This document shows, piece by piece, positions 22,401 through 33,700 of a stretch of 64,000 bases of DNA. This stretch comes from Marsupella aquatica (Eukaryota > Plantae > Marchantiophyta). Every line of letters starts with the position of its first letter. Position 1 is the stretch's first letter. The notes under the pieces are model-generated. The model was not told the DNA's origin. It was given only the letters and a program-made list of their open reading frames with translations, and did no database searches. The stretch covers positions 31,565,112 to 31,629,111 of the forward strand of contig OZ316891.1 in the NCBI GenBank assembly GCA_973895155.1, written 5' to 3'. The position numbers and the translations under genes were made by a program.

Positions 22401-24580
22401 TTCCTTAATACACCTCCGTTTCTCGAGTGTTTTATATCGATTTTACTCACCTTGACCAGATCTTTCCAATGCTCTTTACAGATCCGGATTTGGTGACATA
22501 TTGAAAGAGATATGGTCGCCGACCACCCGCAACATAGCTTTTATTTCCCTACTCTTAACGCCATGATTGCCCTTATTCTTGCCATCTTGCTAATTGTTAT
22601 GCGGTATCAATAACTACTCCTTGCATACAACAACCTAGTTACTCAGATTATAGAATAAGGACCATGTCATCGGCGTCACACTTTCTCCCGCAGGTCGGCC
22701 TTGAAGCTGGCCGTCAGGGATGCAAGCTCCTGTTGCAGCACAATAATCCCTTGATAGGCTTTCTTTAACTCGGCTTCCTTCTGCTCAAGGGCTCCGCGGA
22801 TATCCTCGAGTTCCCCCTTCAACGCCCTCTCCTTTTGCTGGGTCTCCGCCATGGCCCGATTGTTGGCTGCTAGGTGGGCCTCCTCTGCGTCCCTTAGCTT
22901 CTGTTTCCACTTCTCCCTTTCCTTGACTGCGTCGGCTAACTCACCTTGGGTCCGAGTCAGTTTATCTTTGATAATCTGATTAGCAGACTGAGCGGTATCC
23001 AATTGCCCTTGCATGATGTTTAGCTCATGCCGCTTAATCCGCAGCTCATCTTGGGCTTTCTTGGCCGCCCTCAGGTCTTCTACCTTGGCTTCCCTTTCCC
23101 TAAGCCGACGGATGATCTCGTCCTTCTTGCTTCTCTCCAAAGCCACCGCTTCTTCTAATCGGCGCTTCTCCAACATCTCTCTCTGGAAAAAGGGTCCTTG
23201 TTCCAACTCCTCCCCAAAGATGTTGAGCGCAAGTTCCCCACACATCTCTCCGTACTCCATGGCTCTATCTTTAGCATATGAGGAGTAAGTAGAAGTCATC
23301 GGCATTAACCACCGCGACCTCTGTTCCCAAGACGCCTTGCAGATCTCTTCAATCGTGGCTAGAGGGTTGCTTCTTTTTTTGGCAAGTTGCCTGATGTCCT
23401 CTGGCCAATCTCCTCCTGGTAAATCTTTCTCCCTAGCCAGGGCTGCCCTCTCCTCTTCCTTGAGTCGCTCCTGAAACTCTTATGCCGTCTATTCTATGTC
23501 GTCAAAGCTTGGGGGAGCGACATCTGGTGGGGGAGACTCGGGGCTACTCTGTTGGGTGGGTCCCCTCTAACTACTCTGGGAAGCGTGGGGATGAACCGGC
23601 CACAGGTCCTTACTCCTGGAACATGATGGTCCAACCCGTAGCCAGAGTCGTCATTGTCGTAGTCTTCTACCGGCTCCTCCGTTGCTTGGACTACCGGCTT
23701 CCCCCTCTGTTCTCCTGGTCTTGTCGTGAAAAAGGCCTCACAGCTCACGGGCCATGGTTCCTCCTCCGGCTTCCAGGCTGTCTTCTCCCTCAGTGTACCG
23801 CGGGCAGGAGCCTTAGGCTATTCTGCCTCAAATTCGGGGCTTGAGGCTCCCACATACATTCAAATTCCCGGCTCGTGTTCCGGCCTCCTCTTCTCCTTGG
23901 CCCCGGTAAAGGGGTTTTCCCTGGTAAGTCGGCTTAGGCCGACCTCTGGGGAAGTGTCCTGTACTGGTGGCATTGCTGTTGCCGTCCTCTTCTCCTTCTC
24001 CAGCAATTTCAGTAGATTCTGCATGCCTGGTTGCTGCATCGGCAAGTCTTCTTTCCTTGGCCGAAACACCTGCTTGATCGTAGGACTGGCAGGCTGGTTG
24101 GGTTTCTCTACTGCCGGCCTCTATTCCGGAACTTCCTCTGGTGCCCTTGCCTGCAGGGAAAGTACTGGGGCAAAGATCTGACTTCGGGCATATCGACACA
24201 ACAACGGCATGTGATAGCCAAGCCGGGACACGCTTCCCATGCCGATCACCTGCTGTTCGGACTCCTTCAAGATCTTCTTCAATTGGTTGAGGAGGTACCC
24301 GTTGTAGTCTCGGCTTGGGTCTGGCCTCTCTACCAGGTAGACCTGTGCCTTGCCGATCTCTGCCCTCGGCAAGTTGCAATGCATAGTCACCCGCAAGAAA
24401 TCGGTCATCTCTCCAATGTGCGGGTTGGTGCAGGTGTTCCGGAAGAAACCATTTTTTGTTGATGGCCCTAGGAACGACCGGAACTCCTTGTCTGGCAAGG
24501 TCTTCCTAGTATCGACCTTGGTCTTATTGCCCATTGGCAAGCCAAACACTTCGGCAATCACTCGGGGAGTGAGATAGAAA
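19489..24580 (-). pseudogene. Retrotransposon accessory ORF (PMD/Athila-ORF1-like N-terminus, long coiled coil), split by a solo LTR
   Basis: LTPRVIAEVFGLPMG motif; ORFs 24121-24561, 23860-24069, 23494-23748 are in frame across stops; 22676-23305 joins 19489-20274 (LREKDDQLDQTYAKMNKMESE) once the solo LTR is removed. Confidence 0.6.
20309..22680 (-). mobile_element. Solo LTR (2372 bp) with 5-bp TSD CTTTC
   Basis: TG at 20309, CA at 22679-22680; CTTTC at 20304-20308 and 22681-22685; excision restores the host frame; internal GCTAAGCTGAAG and AACCCGAG repeats; orientation inferred from composition. Confidence 0.88.
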
Positions 24581-24897
24581 TCTCGGGGGGGTCACTGTAT
24601 GTAGGGCTCTACATCACGTGTGACGTTTTAGGGTCTGGACCCCCTAACTTTAAAGTGAATTTTTTTTCCCCCACTCCCTTACTTTCTGAAAAGCGACCAT
24701 TTTTTGAATTGGTTACCCCTATAAAACTTTTTGGAAAGTTTTATGATGATTTAAAAAATGCCTATTAAGGAAAGTAAAGTACCTTAATAGTGTAGAGCCA
24801 ATTGTACAAATTGATGCGCATGTCCAATACATTCAATGAATTTACATCATGAAGCTAAATATCTTGTAAATTGCATTCATCATCACCCAACAACTTG

Positions 24898-24988
24898 TAG
24901 TTTTCATTCTTGAATAGTGAAGCATGGTAGTTTTCACTCTTGAATAGTGAAGCATGGTAGTTTTCACTCTTGAATAGTGAAGCATGGT
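24898..24988. repeat. 3 x 30-bp tandem repeat
   Basis: TAGTTTTCA(T/C)TCTTGAATAGTGAAGCATGG x3. Confidence 0.9.
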
Positions 24989-26015
24989 GGGTGCCAGATA
25001 CTATGAATAGGTAACCGAACATCATAGGTTGCCTATTCAAGGCATCGGTACTCTACCTTGTTTCACAAACTCCCGCATGATGATGTCCACATCTCTACCT
25101 TCCTTCACATACTCATGCATGATGATGTCCACATGGTGGAGGGGAATTCACTAGTAGAAACCGGGGGGTATTTAGACCCCATTAAACAACTATTCAGTAC
25201 CGTATAGGACTTGGAAACGACTGGGAAGGACTCCAGTCCTTTATAGGACTATGAATCGTATATTTTGTTACTATAATCAACTGAGTCCTTTATAGAACTG
25301 GTTTATAAGTCGTTTTATAGACTGGATTTTCAGTCTATTGTAGTCTTTGTGTGGGTAGGTTTGGTGAGTCTTTTTCAGTCTTTTATGGGCTGCGATGGTG
25401 AGTCGTTGGGAACGACTCAAAAGGTTATGGAGGGTAGTCTTTAAGTATACTTTGTGGGTTTATAAAATGACTGAAGTAGACACTTTGTGGGGTATGTACA
25501 AGTCTTTCATGTCAACTGGAAATGAGTGATGAAGACCCCACTATACTACTTGGAATGAACTCACTCTTGTGCACAAATAACACATTCCATTCATGTTTTA
25601 TTGTGTACTTGGAATGAACTCACTCTATAAGGTCACCATTCACCATGTTGACATTAGAACCTCACACAAATTTTCAGAAAGCCATCTTCTATACCATGTA
25701 CACTAATATGAATTCACAGATTCAAACATCATAGACTACAAAGAAGGTCACAAAGCATTCGTCTATACCATACACACTAATACTGAAATGATACAAAACA
25801 GATTCAAGTATCATAGACAATCACCATAGAGCCATAGTTTGACATCAATCACTTGTTTCATATATACAGAATTCAGAAATATCAATGTCACACACAACGG
25901 CTCCTTCATCCTCTTTACCAAATGGAAAAATTGGTACAGATATTTCTTGGATCTTTCCAAGGCAATGTCAAAATGTAACACAATTCACATGATTCTATCT
26001 ACACTTGCATTCAAT

Positions 26016-27595
26016 CACTGCAGACTAACACACTCTGATGGCCAGAGCACAAGAGATCCTACTGCATCTGATATTTTTTCCTAAGGTGGATCATCGTCTC
26101 TATTCGGAAATGGCAAATTACAATCAGATACAATCACTATAGTCAACAACACTACTACATGGTCATCCGAGACCACTTTGCCATGGAATTTAGCATGATC
26201 CGTCGCAAAATGCCTGTACCCACACATACCTGCGAGTCATCCTCCCATGATAGAAGATTATGGACAGGCTCTGCTGTGGCTATCACCTCCACCTTACCCT
26301 GGCTGTTTTTCTTGGCTTTCCTGGGTGGCTTATACATGACATTATTCATACCTTGGTTGCGAGTCATGATTTTGGCACGAGTGTTTTGTGCTGGTGATCG
26401 AGAATTGGCTACACTCTTCTTCAAAGAATCTGCATCCATATTTGACACTTCCGATTGTATAGCAGGATTTCCCTGCGACATCATCTCAGTATCTGCCAAC
26501 ATTGTACTTGCTTCAATTGAAGCATCTACAATCTTACTTGCATCCAATGTTGCTCCCAAGTTTCGACGTCGCTTCACCTTGCTCCCACTTGGTTGAGAGT
26601 TTGTCAACTCTGCATCAACTACAATTCAGTGCATTGTCCAACATAAGTGAATCACTCATCACATGTGCGCCATGTACATGTCACCAACCACAAAGTTGTC
26701 ACTATCTCCTTACCATTATGAACAGCCTTCTTCCCCTTCTTTGCCATTGCCATATCCTCCATGTCTGCTTCTGCTGATCAATAAACACACCACAATATTC
26801 AGGTTCAATCTATTAACCACTGAGTTGTTTCTCAACAATGGTAGGAGAGGAATTTAAAGCATCAGCTTACCTGATACCTCCTTGGCTATGGTCACTGAGG
26901 CACTGAGCACATCTTTTTCATTGCTCTTTGAATCACCTGATACATCAATCATGATGTCACTTCAGATCCCAGTTGATCCAACCAGTTCTTACAAAAAAGA
27001 TTACCTCCAACCGGCTTAAGCTTCACAAAACTCCATGCACTTTTCAAATGTAATGTACTGGATCATAGCAGGTTACCTGTCTCAGCAACCTTTTTGCCAT
27101 TCTGCTTATTGATTACAGGGTCCTTCTCTGCCTCCACTCTTCCTGCATTCAAACCTAAACCCTAAAACTTACTTCTAACATTTGAACATAGGACACAATG
27201 AACAATGGGCCGGTGTCATTTCCATACATGTGTCAGATTTGCCAATTCCCTTTTTTGTTAACAAGGGCACACTTTGTACAACGTTGCCCTCATTTGGTTG
27301 GGAACCACCCAATTTTTCAATCACAAGCTTGAAATTAGATTCCACTGATGCAAGAAGGTTCGCTACAGATGCCTCCACAATATCCAAACGATCAGCCAAT
27401 TTACTTTCCACTCGAGGGAGTCCACACTCTAATGACTTCAACCGTTCACACATCTCTGTGAAGGTTCGCTACAGATGCCTCCACAATATCCAAACGATCA
27501 GCCAATTTACTTTCCACTCGAGGGAGTCCACACTCTAATGACTTCAACCGTTCACACATCTCTGTGAGAGTTGTAACAGTTCCCTATCATAACAC
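26016..27595 (-). pseudogene. Outer CACTA TnpA-like gene, 3' exons
   Basis: Ends LPFPNRDDDPP*EKISDAVGSLVLWP (Tnp1/En/Spm-like), homologous to inner element LPIPNTNDDPPQKTLGDAAGSLVLWP. Confidence 0.7.
27354..27567. repeat. Perfect 106-bp tandem duplication in a TnpA exon
   Basis: GAAGGTTCGCTACAGATG...CATCTCTGT starts at 27354 and 27460. Confidence 0.92.
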
Positions 27596-27600
27596 AGCTT

Positions 27601-30600
27601 TGTGGGATGGCTCAGTGTCAGCTAGTGTAGAGAAACATGACATTCTTTCGTTTAGAAGAGGAAATAGTTAGGGAAAAAGTTTTAGTGCTATCAGAGTAGC
27701 TAGGTTTAGGGCACTTAAGTAAGAAGGGAAGCTTAGTAGAGGTAAGAGGGAATTTTAGTTATGCAAAGTTATCTAGGGGTAAGCAAGTTACTATAGGAGG
27801 GGCAGGAAACTAGTTCCGTCCTTAGTTATAATAGGCGACTAAGTCGGGACCGAAAAATGACCCGACACCGGACATCTTATTTTTGGCTGATATTTCTCCC
27901 ATGGGTGCTGGGAGGTCCCTAGGGAACCCTGAAAAAGTATGAAGTCAAGTGGGGTCTTAACCTAGGAGTTATAAGTATTTTGGCAAAAATCAAAGTTACC
28001 AAATAGCGGGTCCCGGGAAAAATAGCTGATGGGTAAATGTAGGGGTTCCAAGTTTGGAAGTGGGTTAAGTATGGTCCCCTCTATCCCTAGAAACTTGTGG
28101 GACAACTTTGTCACACTTGGTTACTTTTTGGGAGCATCTCAAAGTTGAGAAGAATTTTGGAAGACATAAAGACTTGACCCTCTTTGCCTAATTTTAGAAA
28201 AGTTGTTATAGGGTTTTGTTTATATCTTAGTAAACCCGGACATAGTCCTATGTCCATAGAATCAGTGGAGCTACTCAGAAGTCCTTTTGGACTTATGTGT
28301 GAGTTTTGGAGGGGGGTCCAAAATCGCCCCAAAATGCTGTTTTTCCAAAAAAAAATGTATTTTTTTCTAAGTGTAAACCGCGTGGGCGGCGATCACGCGG
28401 CGAGCACGAGGCAAGGAGGAGCAAGCACGAGGCTGGTGAGGACGTCAAGCACCGGGAGGCTGTCCAAAGGTGCTGCATGATTACTTGAGGAATCAATTGA
28501 GCACAAGGGCGGCTGAATTGAAGGAAGGGCGGCTGAATTGAAATGGCTGCTGCTGATTGAAGAAGCAAGGGCTGTTGCTGATTGAAGAAGCTATGGCTGC
28601 TGAGAAGGAAAAGAGCTATGGCTGCAAATTAGGATCGCTGCTGGCTTTGAATTGGGAAGGCTGCTTGCTGCTATGACAGCTGCACACTAGATTAGAGGTG
28701 CTCCTACTAATCAGGCACGAGATGCTCATGAGAATTGGCTGGCTGCTGCCTTGATGCTGCTGAATTGAATGATGCTGCTGCTAGCTGCGAAATTGCAAAG
28801 GTGGGCAGCTACGAAATTGAGAAGAGAGACCTGCTTGACTGAGAAGGAATCAAGCTATGGTTGCTGCTGCTGTGCTTCAAATCTGCTGTTGTTGTGCTGT
28901 AAATGCGCTGATGTGACTGTGCTGCTAGCTGCGAAATTGACTGTGTTGCTAGCGGCAAAATTGAAGAGGTGGGCTAGCTGCGAAATTGACTAGGCTGGCT
29001 GTGAGCTATGGTGGCTGTGAAATTGAGGGGCTGGCGGCTGATCAGCTGGACTGCTGCACAAGAAAGAATCCAATAGAGAATGCTGTGGTTTTAGATTGAA
29101 TTCACGAGAGAGAAATGGCTGCAAACATTGCTGTCCTTACAATTTCTTCATAAGAAACATGAGTATAATGAGAGTGCTCTCCCCTCATGACACGTGGAAT
29201 CCCCATAAGGGGCATGTAAGGTAAGTGTAATCGGGCCGCCGCTTACACCCGCTTTACACCAAAAACAGGCCTTGGGAGAATGGGCATAACTTTGGCTAGA
29301 GGTATCCGTTGGGGCCCAAATTTTTTTGTGCTGAGTTAGGGGAAGATAAGGCACCCCCTGGTGAAGGTGGAACCCCAGAAAAGTAATCACTCAAATATAT
29401 TTTTAACCGAGGCCACGAGGGAGTCCCGACAACTTGCAAACCAAAGTCGGCATAGGGGAATGAATACCAGATTTAGGGGCTGACCTTTCTTGCACCCATA
29501 CCACTTGAGTTAGGCTCTAGAGAAGGGTACTTACCTTTGGCCAAAGGTGTAAGGCCATCAAGTTAAGAAAAGTAAATATAGGGGGTAGTTTACTTAGGGT
29601 AGTAAAGGGGTTACAAGTAAAATAAGGCCAACTTTGACTAGGCACAACTTGAGACTCACTCACTCTTTTTGCGAGCTTTCAAGTGGGTTGGTAAGCTGGT
29701 GAGGAGGACCATAAGTGGGAGTAGGTTTGGAAGTCAAAGCATACCACTCATGTGTGGCATATTCCAGGGCTTGGAAGGAGGCAAAATAGCAAGTAGTAGG
29801 GTGGGCTATGAACTATAGAGTTGGACTTTGTGTGTTAGGAGGACTTGGGGGAGGTATAGTTGGACCCCAGGTCAAGCTTGGTGTGATGTGGAAGGAGATA
29901 GTATATAAGGAGGAAGTTTTCATTTGTTAGGGACCGGGAGTCTCATCTCTTAAGTGAAATCTCTACCTTGCCAAGGTAGGGCTAAGCTTGAGAAAGGAGA
30001 GGTGGTCCATGCTTAGTGTGGAGAATGTGTAGTGAACTTTTGTTGTAAAGGTGATGCAATAAAAGGAGACTTACCAATCTTCATTGTGACCATTAAGTGT
30101 GAGTGCATTTGAAGTATATGAGAGCAAGAGAAGAGTCCATGCTATGGTATAATCTTGGTCTAAGCTTGAAGGGGATGTGCTAGTACAAAACCAAGGCCAA
30201 GGAGGCAAGGTTAAGGTATAGCATTACTTTGAGACTTAGAGAGGATTATAGCTTGAGGGTGGAAAGTACTTTGCTTGGTGTGTGGTGTTAACAAGAAGTA
30301 AGAACAAGAGGAAGAGTCCTTAGATAGAGGAGCCTTCTCTAGGGCTCAAAGGGGATGTGTGGACCCAAACCAAGGCCAGGGGGGCAAGGTTGAGGGGTAA
30401 CACTACTTTGAGGGTCTTGAGGAGACTTAAGCTTGAAGAGGAAAGTACTTTGGGTTCTTGGGTGTTTGTGTGAGAATCTACTCTAAGGTGACAGCTTGGA
30501 GCGGAGATCCCCCTTGCTGATCCTTGGAGTAGAGGAGAGGGGAAGGGGTGAGTACAAAAGTAGTCAAGGGGACTACCTCTCTAGAAGTGGAGAGTTGAAA

Positions 30601-30744
30601 CTACTTATGTATGGAGTGATTGGACATTGTAAGCACACTTCAGAAGTTTTGTCAATCCTTTGTGACCCTGGTATGACATGGAGCAGGTATTAGGTAGTCT
30701 TTTGGGGAGAAAAGCCGCTTAAGCTCCTTGGCAAGTGTTTGACA
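27601..30744 (+). repeat. 5' LTR (3144 bp)
   Basis: TGTGGGATGG...GTTTGACA; every ORF-track entry recurs identically at +9307; TATA-like GTATATAAG at 29901. Confidence 0.96.
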
Positions 30745-30764
30745 TAGAGTCCCACCCTTGTTTT

Positions 30765-30782
30765 TGGCGCCGCTGCCGGGGA
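30765..30782 (+). other. Primer-binding site, tRNA-Asp type
   Basis: TGGCGCCGCTGCCGGGGA, one mismatch from the Athila-type TGGCGCCGTTGCCGGGGA; 20 nt downstream of the LTR. Confidence 0.8.
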
Positions 30783-30798
30783 CAACTCTTTACAGTTT

Positions 30799-33700
30799 TT
30801 GTTGGAGTGGAGCCACAAGACTTGGAGGTGTGTTTGCAGGTTTGCTGTTCAAGAGAAGAAGGGAGATAAGAAGGTGATTGTGAGTGGCATGCCCACTACA
30901 AGGAGTCAAGCACTAAAAGAAGCCTCTCTTAGTTTCAACTTTGGTGACCAGTTGGAGCAACCAGATTGGGTGGACATTCATTTGCAAGCTGAAGCGGAAC
31001 CTGGTGTAGGGTGGAGTGATACATCTTCTTCCACTACCAACACAAGTGAAGATCAAGAAGCAGCCATGGTGGTGACTCAAAGAGCAAGATTTCAGTACAA
31101 GACATTCCATGGCAAGCCCAAGGAGGATCCTGATGCTTGGTTGGAGGACTTCATTGGGACAGCCCAAGCCAATGGAGAGTTTGATATTAAGTTGACCACT
31201 TTGGCGGGGGTCTTGAGAGGAGAAGCAAGACCTTGGTTCAATAGCCTATCAAATGCCATCAAGAATGATTGGGATGCCTTCAAGCTAGCATTCTTGCAGG
31301 AGTTTAGGAAGGTGGGAGAAGAATCGGAAGCTCTGATCAAGATGGGAGAGATCAGAATGGGATCCAAGGAGTCAGTAAGGAGGTTTCTGCAAAGGTTTCA
31401 AAGGTTAGCTACCAAGCTTGACCCCAGACCAGTAGACTCCATGTTGTTGGCTTGGTTTGTGGCAAGCCTACCCAGGAAGATGGGTGTCTCAGTAAGGCAA
31501 TCTCACCCTAATACGTTGGATGAGGCCATTGAGGCGGCTCAGTCTTATAGGAGTGCTGAGATCTCTAGTTCCAAGAGTAGGAGAAAGAAGAAGCGATTTG
31601 CTTATAGTGATTCTTCTTCTAGCTCAAGTGAATCAAGTAGTTCAGTTGAGGATACTTCTGAGTCGGAATCTGAGGAGAGTAGTTCCAGTTCTGATTCAGA
31701 ATCTGATTCTGAGGAGGACTCCGAGAAGAAGAAGAAGAAGAAGAAGAAGAAGGCAAAGAGAAAAAGCGACCAGAAGAGGAGAGCCAGCAAGAAGAAGCCA
31801 GGTGGTAAGCACCACAAATCTGCAACCTTCAACTTGGTGGAAGGTTCTACACCAGCAACCAAGGAGAAGAAGGTGATGGATAACAAGATGAGTGAGATCA
31901 CCAACCAACTCAAGGCCCTATCAGTTCACTTTGCTGGTGTGCAACCTGATAGGAGAAAAGTGCCGGTGAATAGAGCCCATGTATGGTGTGTCAAGTGCAA
32001 GAGTTTTGGCCATACACCTCAAGAGTGTCAAGGTTGGAGGAATCAAGTTCAGTATGTCAATGAAGAGTCCAACGATGTTTATCAAGCAAGTGAAGTGGTG
32101 GACTACTTCTATGAAGAAGCCCCGGAGATGGTGTACCAGATTTCAGGAGGCCCAAGAACTTTGCAAGGAAGACCAGCTCCACCCATGGCACCTCAACTGA
32201 TGCCTGGTCTTCAACCAAGGATGGTGGATCAAATGGGACCTCAAGGACCTGGGGGAGTGGCAAGAACTACCGTGGTGATCTGCTGGAACTGTCAAAAACC
32301 AGGGCACTATTCCAACAGTTGCCCCGAACCAAGGAGGCAGGGACAAGGAGCTCCCTATCCTCTTTGTGCTGTGTGCAAAAGGGAGGGTCATACCACAGCC
32401 AACTGTCCTATTGGATCTGCTGCCAAGATGATGATAGGAAGGATAGAAGCACCACCACCAGCGGTTGCCAAAGCTCCCGGTGAAGCCACAGTGAACTTCT
32501 TGAGTATGGAGTGGCAAGAGGAGGCCAAAGATGGAGTGACACAAGTTGCTGGTGGGGAGAACCAGCCAGATCTACCAGGAATGGAGACACCTGAGGAGGA
32601 AGCTGTGTGTTACAAGGTGTCTACCAGGTCCACAAGAAAGAAGGAAAGAGTGGAAGAGAGGAAGAAGAGGAAGGAGAGAAAGGAGCACTCAACGGAGTCA
32701 CCAATCGAAGTTGAAGTTGGAGCAGAAGTTCAAGTCCCACCAGCTGAAGATAGTGACTACAAGAGAGACCATCCGAAGCTCTTCTATCCCAAGGTGAATG
32801 AGGAAGTCAAGAGGCAACTAGAGGAGATGGAGGCTAAGGAGCATCAAGAGGCCATCAACAAAGACCTGAAGGTTGCTAAAGCTTTGAAGGAAAAAGCTGA
32901 GGTGGAAGAGAAGAAAGAGACCAGCAAGGTACCCTCTTATGACATCAAGAAGGATGTGAAAGATTGTTTGGTTACTGCTACAGTGGGGCAGCTGATCAAA
33001 GACAACCCTTTGTATAGGAGGCAACTGAAGGAGATGTTGGTAGGAAGGAGAAGAAGGAAGCTTCCAAAGGTTGGTACCCCAGCTGATGTGATGATGGTTT
33101 GTGAAGACCTTGGAGCACCTGAGATTGATGTTCAAGTAAATGGGTGTGTACTCTCGTATGTACCAGTTGATGGAGGCTCAGGTGTGAATATCATGATTGA
33201 GGCTACTGCCCAACAACTAGGTTTCAAGAAACTTCAGCCAACAGCAAGGACAATGAGGCTAGCAAATGGAGCAAGAGTGCTACCGGTGGGGACTCTTACT
33301 CAAGTACCTACTCTCATTGGGGGGCAGGAGTTCTTGTTGAATTACTTGGTGATGAGACCAGCAAGGCCATCTACTTACCCAATCTTGATTGGGAGGCCTT
33401 GGCTATATGGAGCCAAAGTAGTGTCTGATTGGGGCAAGAAGGAGTTTAGGTTTGGCAAACCAGCCACTTCAGTTTCATGGGGTCATGACAAGCATCAAGG
33501 AGAGACTACTGATGAGTTGGATGAATATGATTCTGAACTTTCCGATGAGTTGAGTACCAAATCTGAATCTGATGAGGATGAGGTATACATGTTGAACATG
33601 GTGAGCCAATGGACTGAAGAAGAAGTGTTTGGAGAGGAGCAAGAGCAGGAGGCTCTTACCAGCCATTCACCTCTGCCCAGTCTCAGTGAAGTGACCAGTC

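Noticed and set aside
24898-24988. 30-bp repeats (and 32-bp repeats at 48.4 kb) as a CRISPR array
   Set aside because: Head-to-tail with no unique spacers, no cas genes, eukaryotic context
28111-30693. Short ORFs duplicated exactly at +9307
   Set aside because: They lie in the LTRs; duplication reflects LTR identity and none has a recognisable domain
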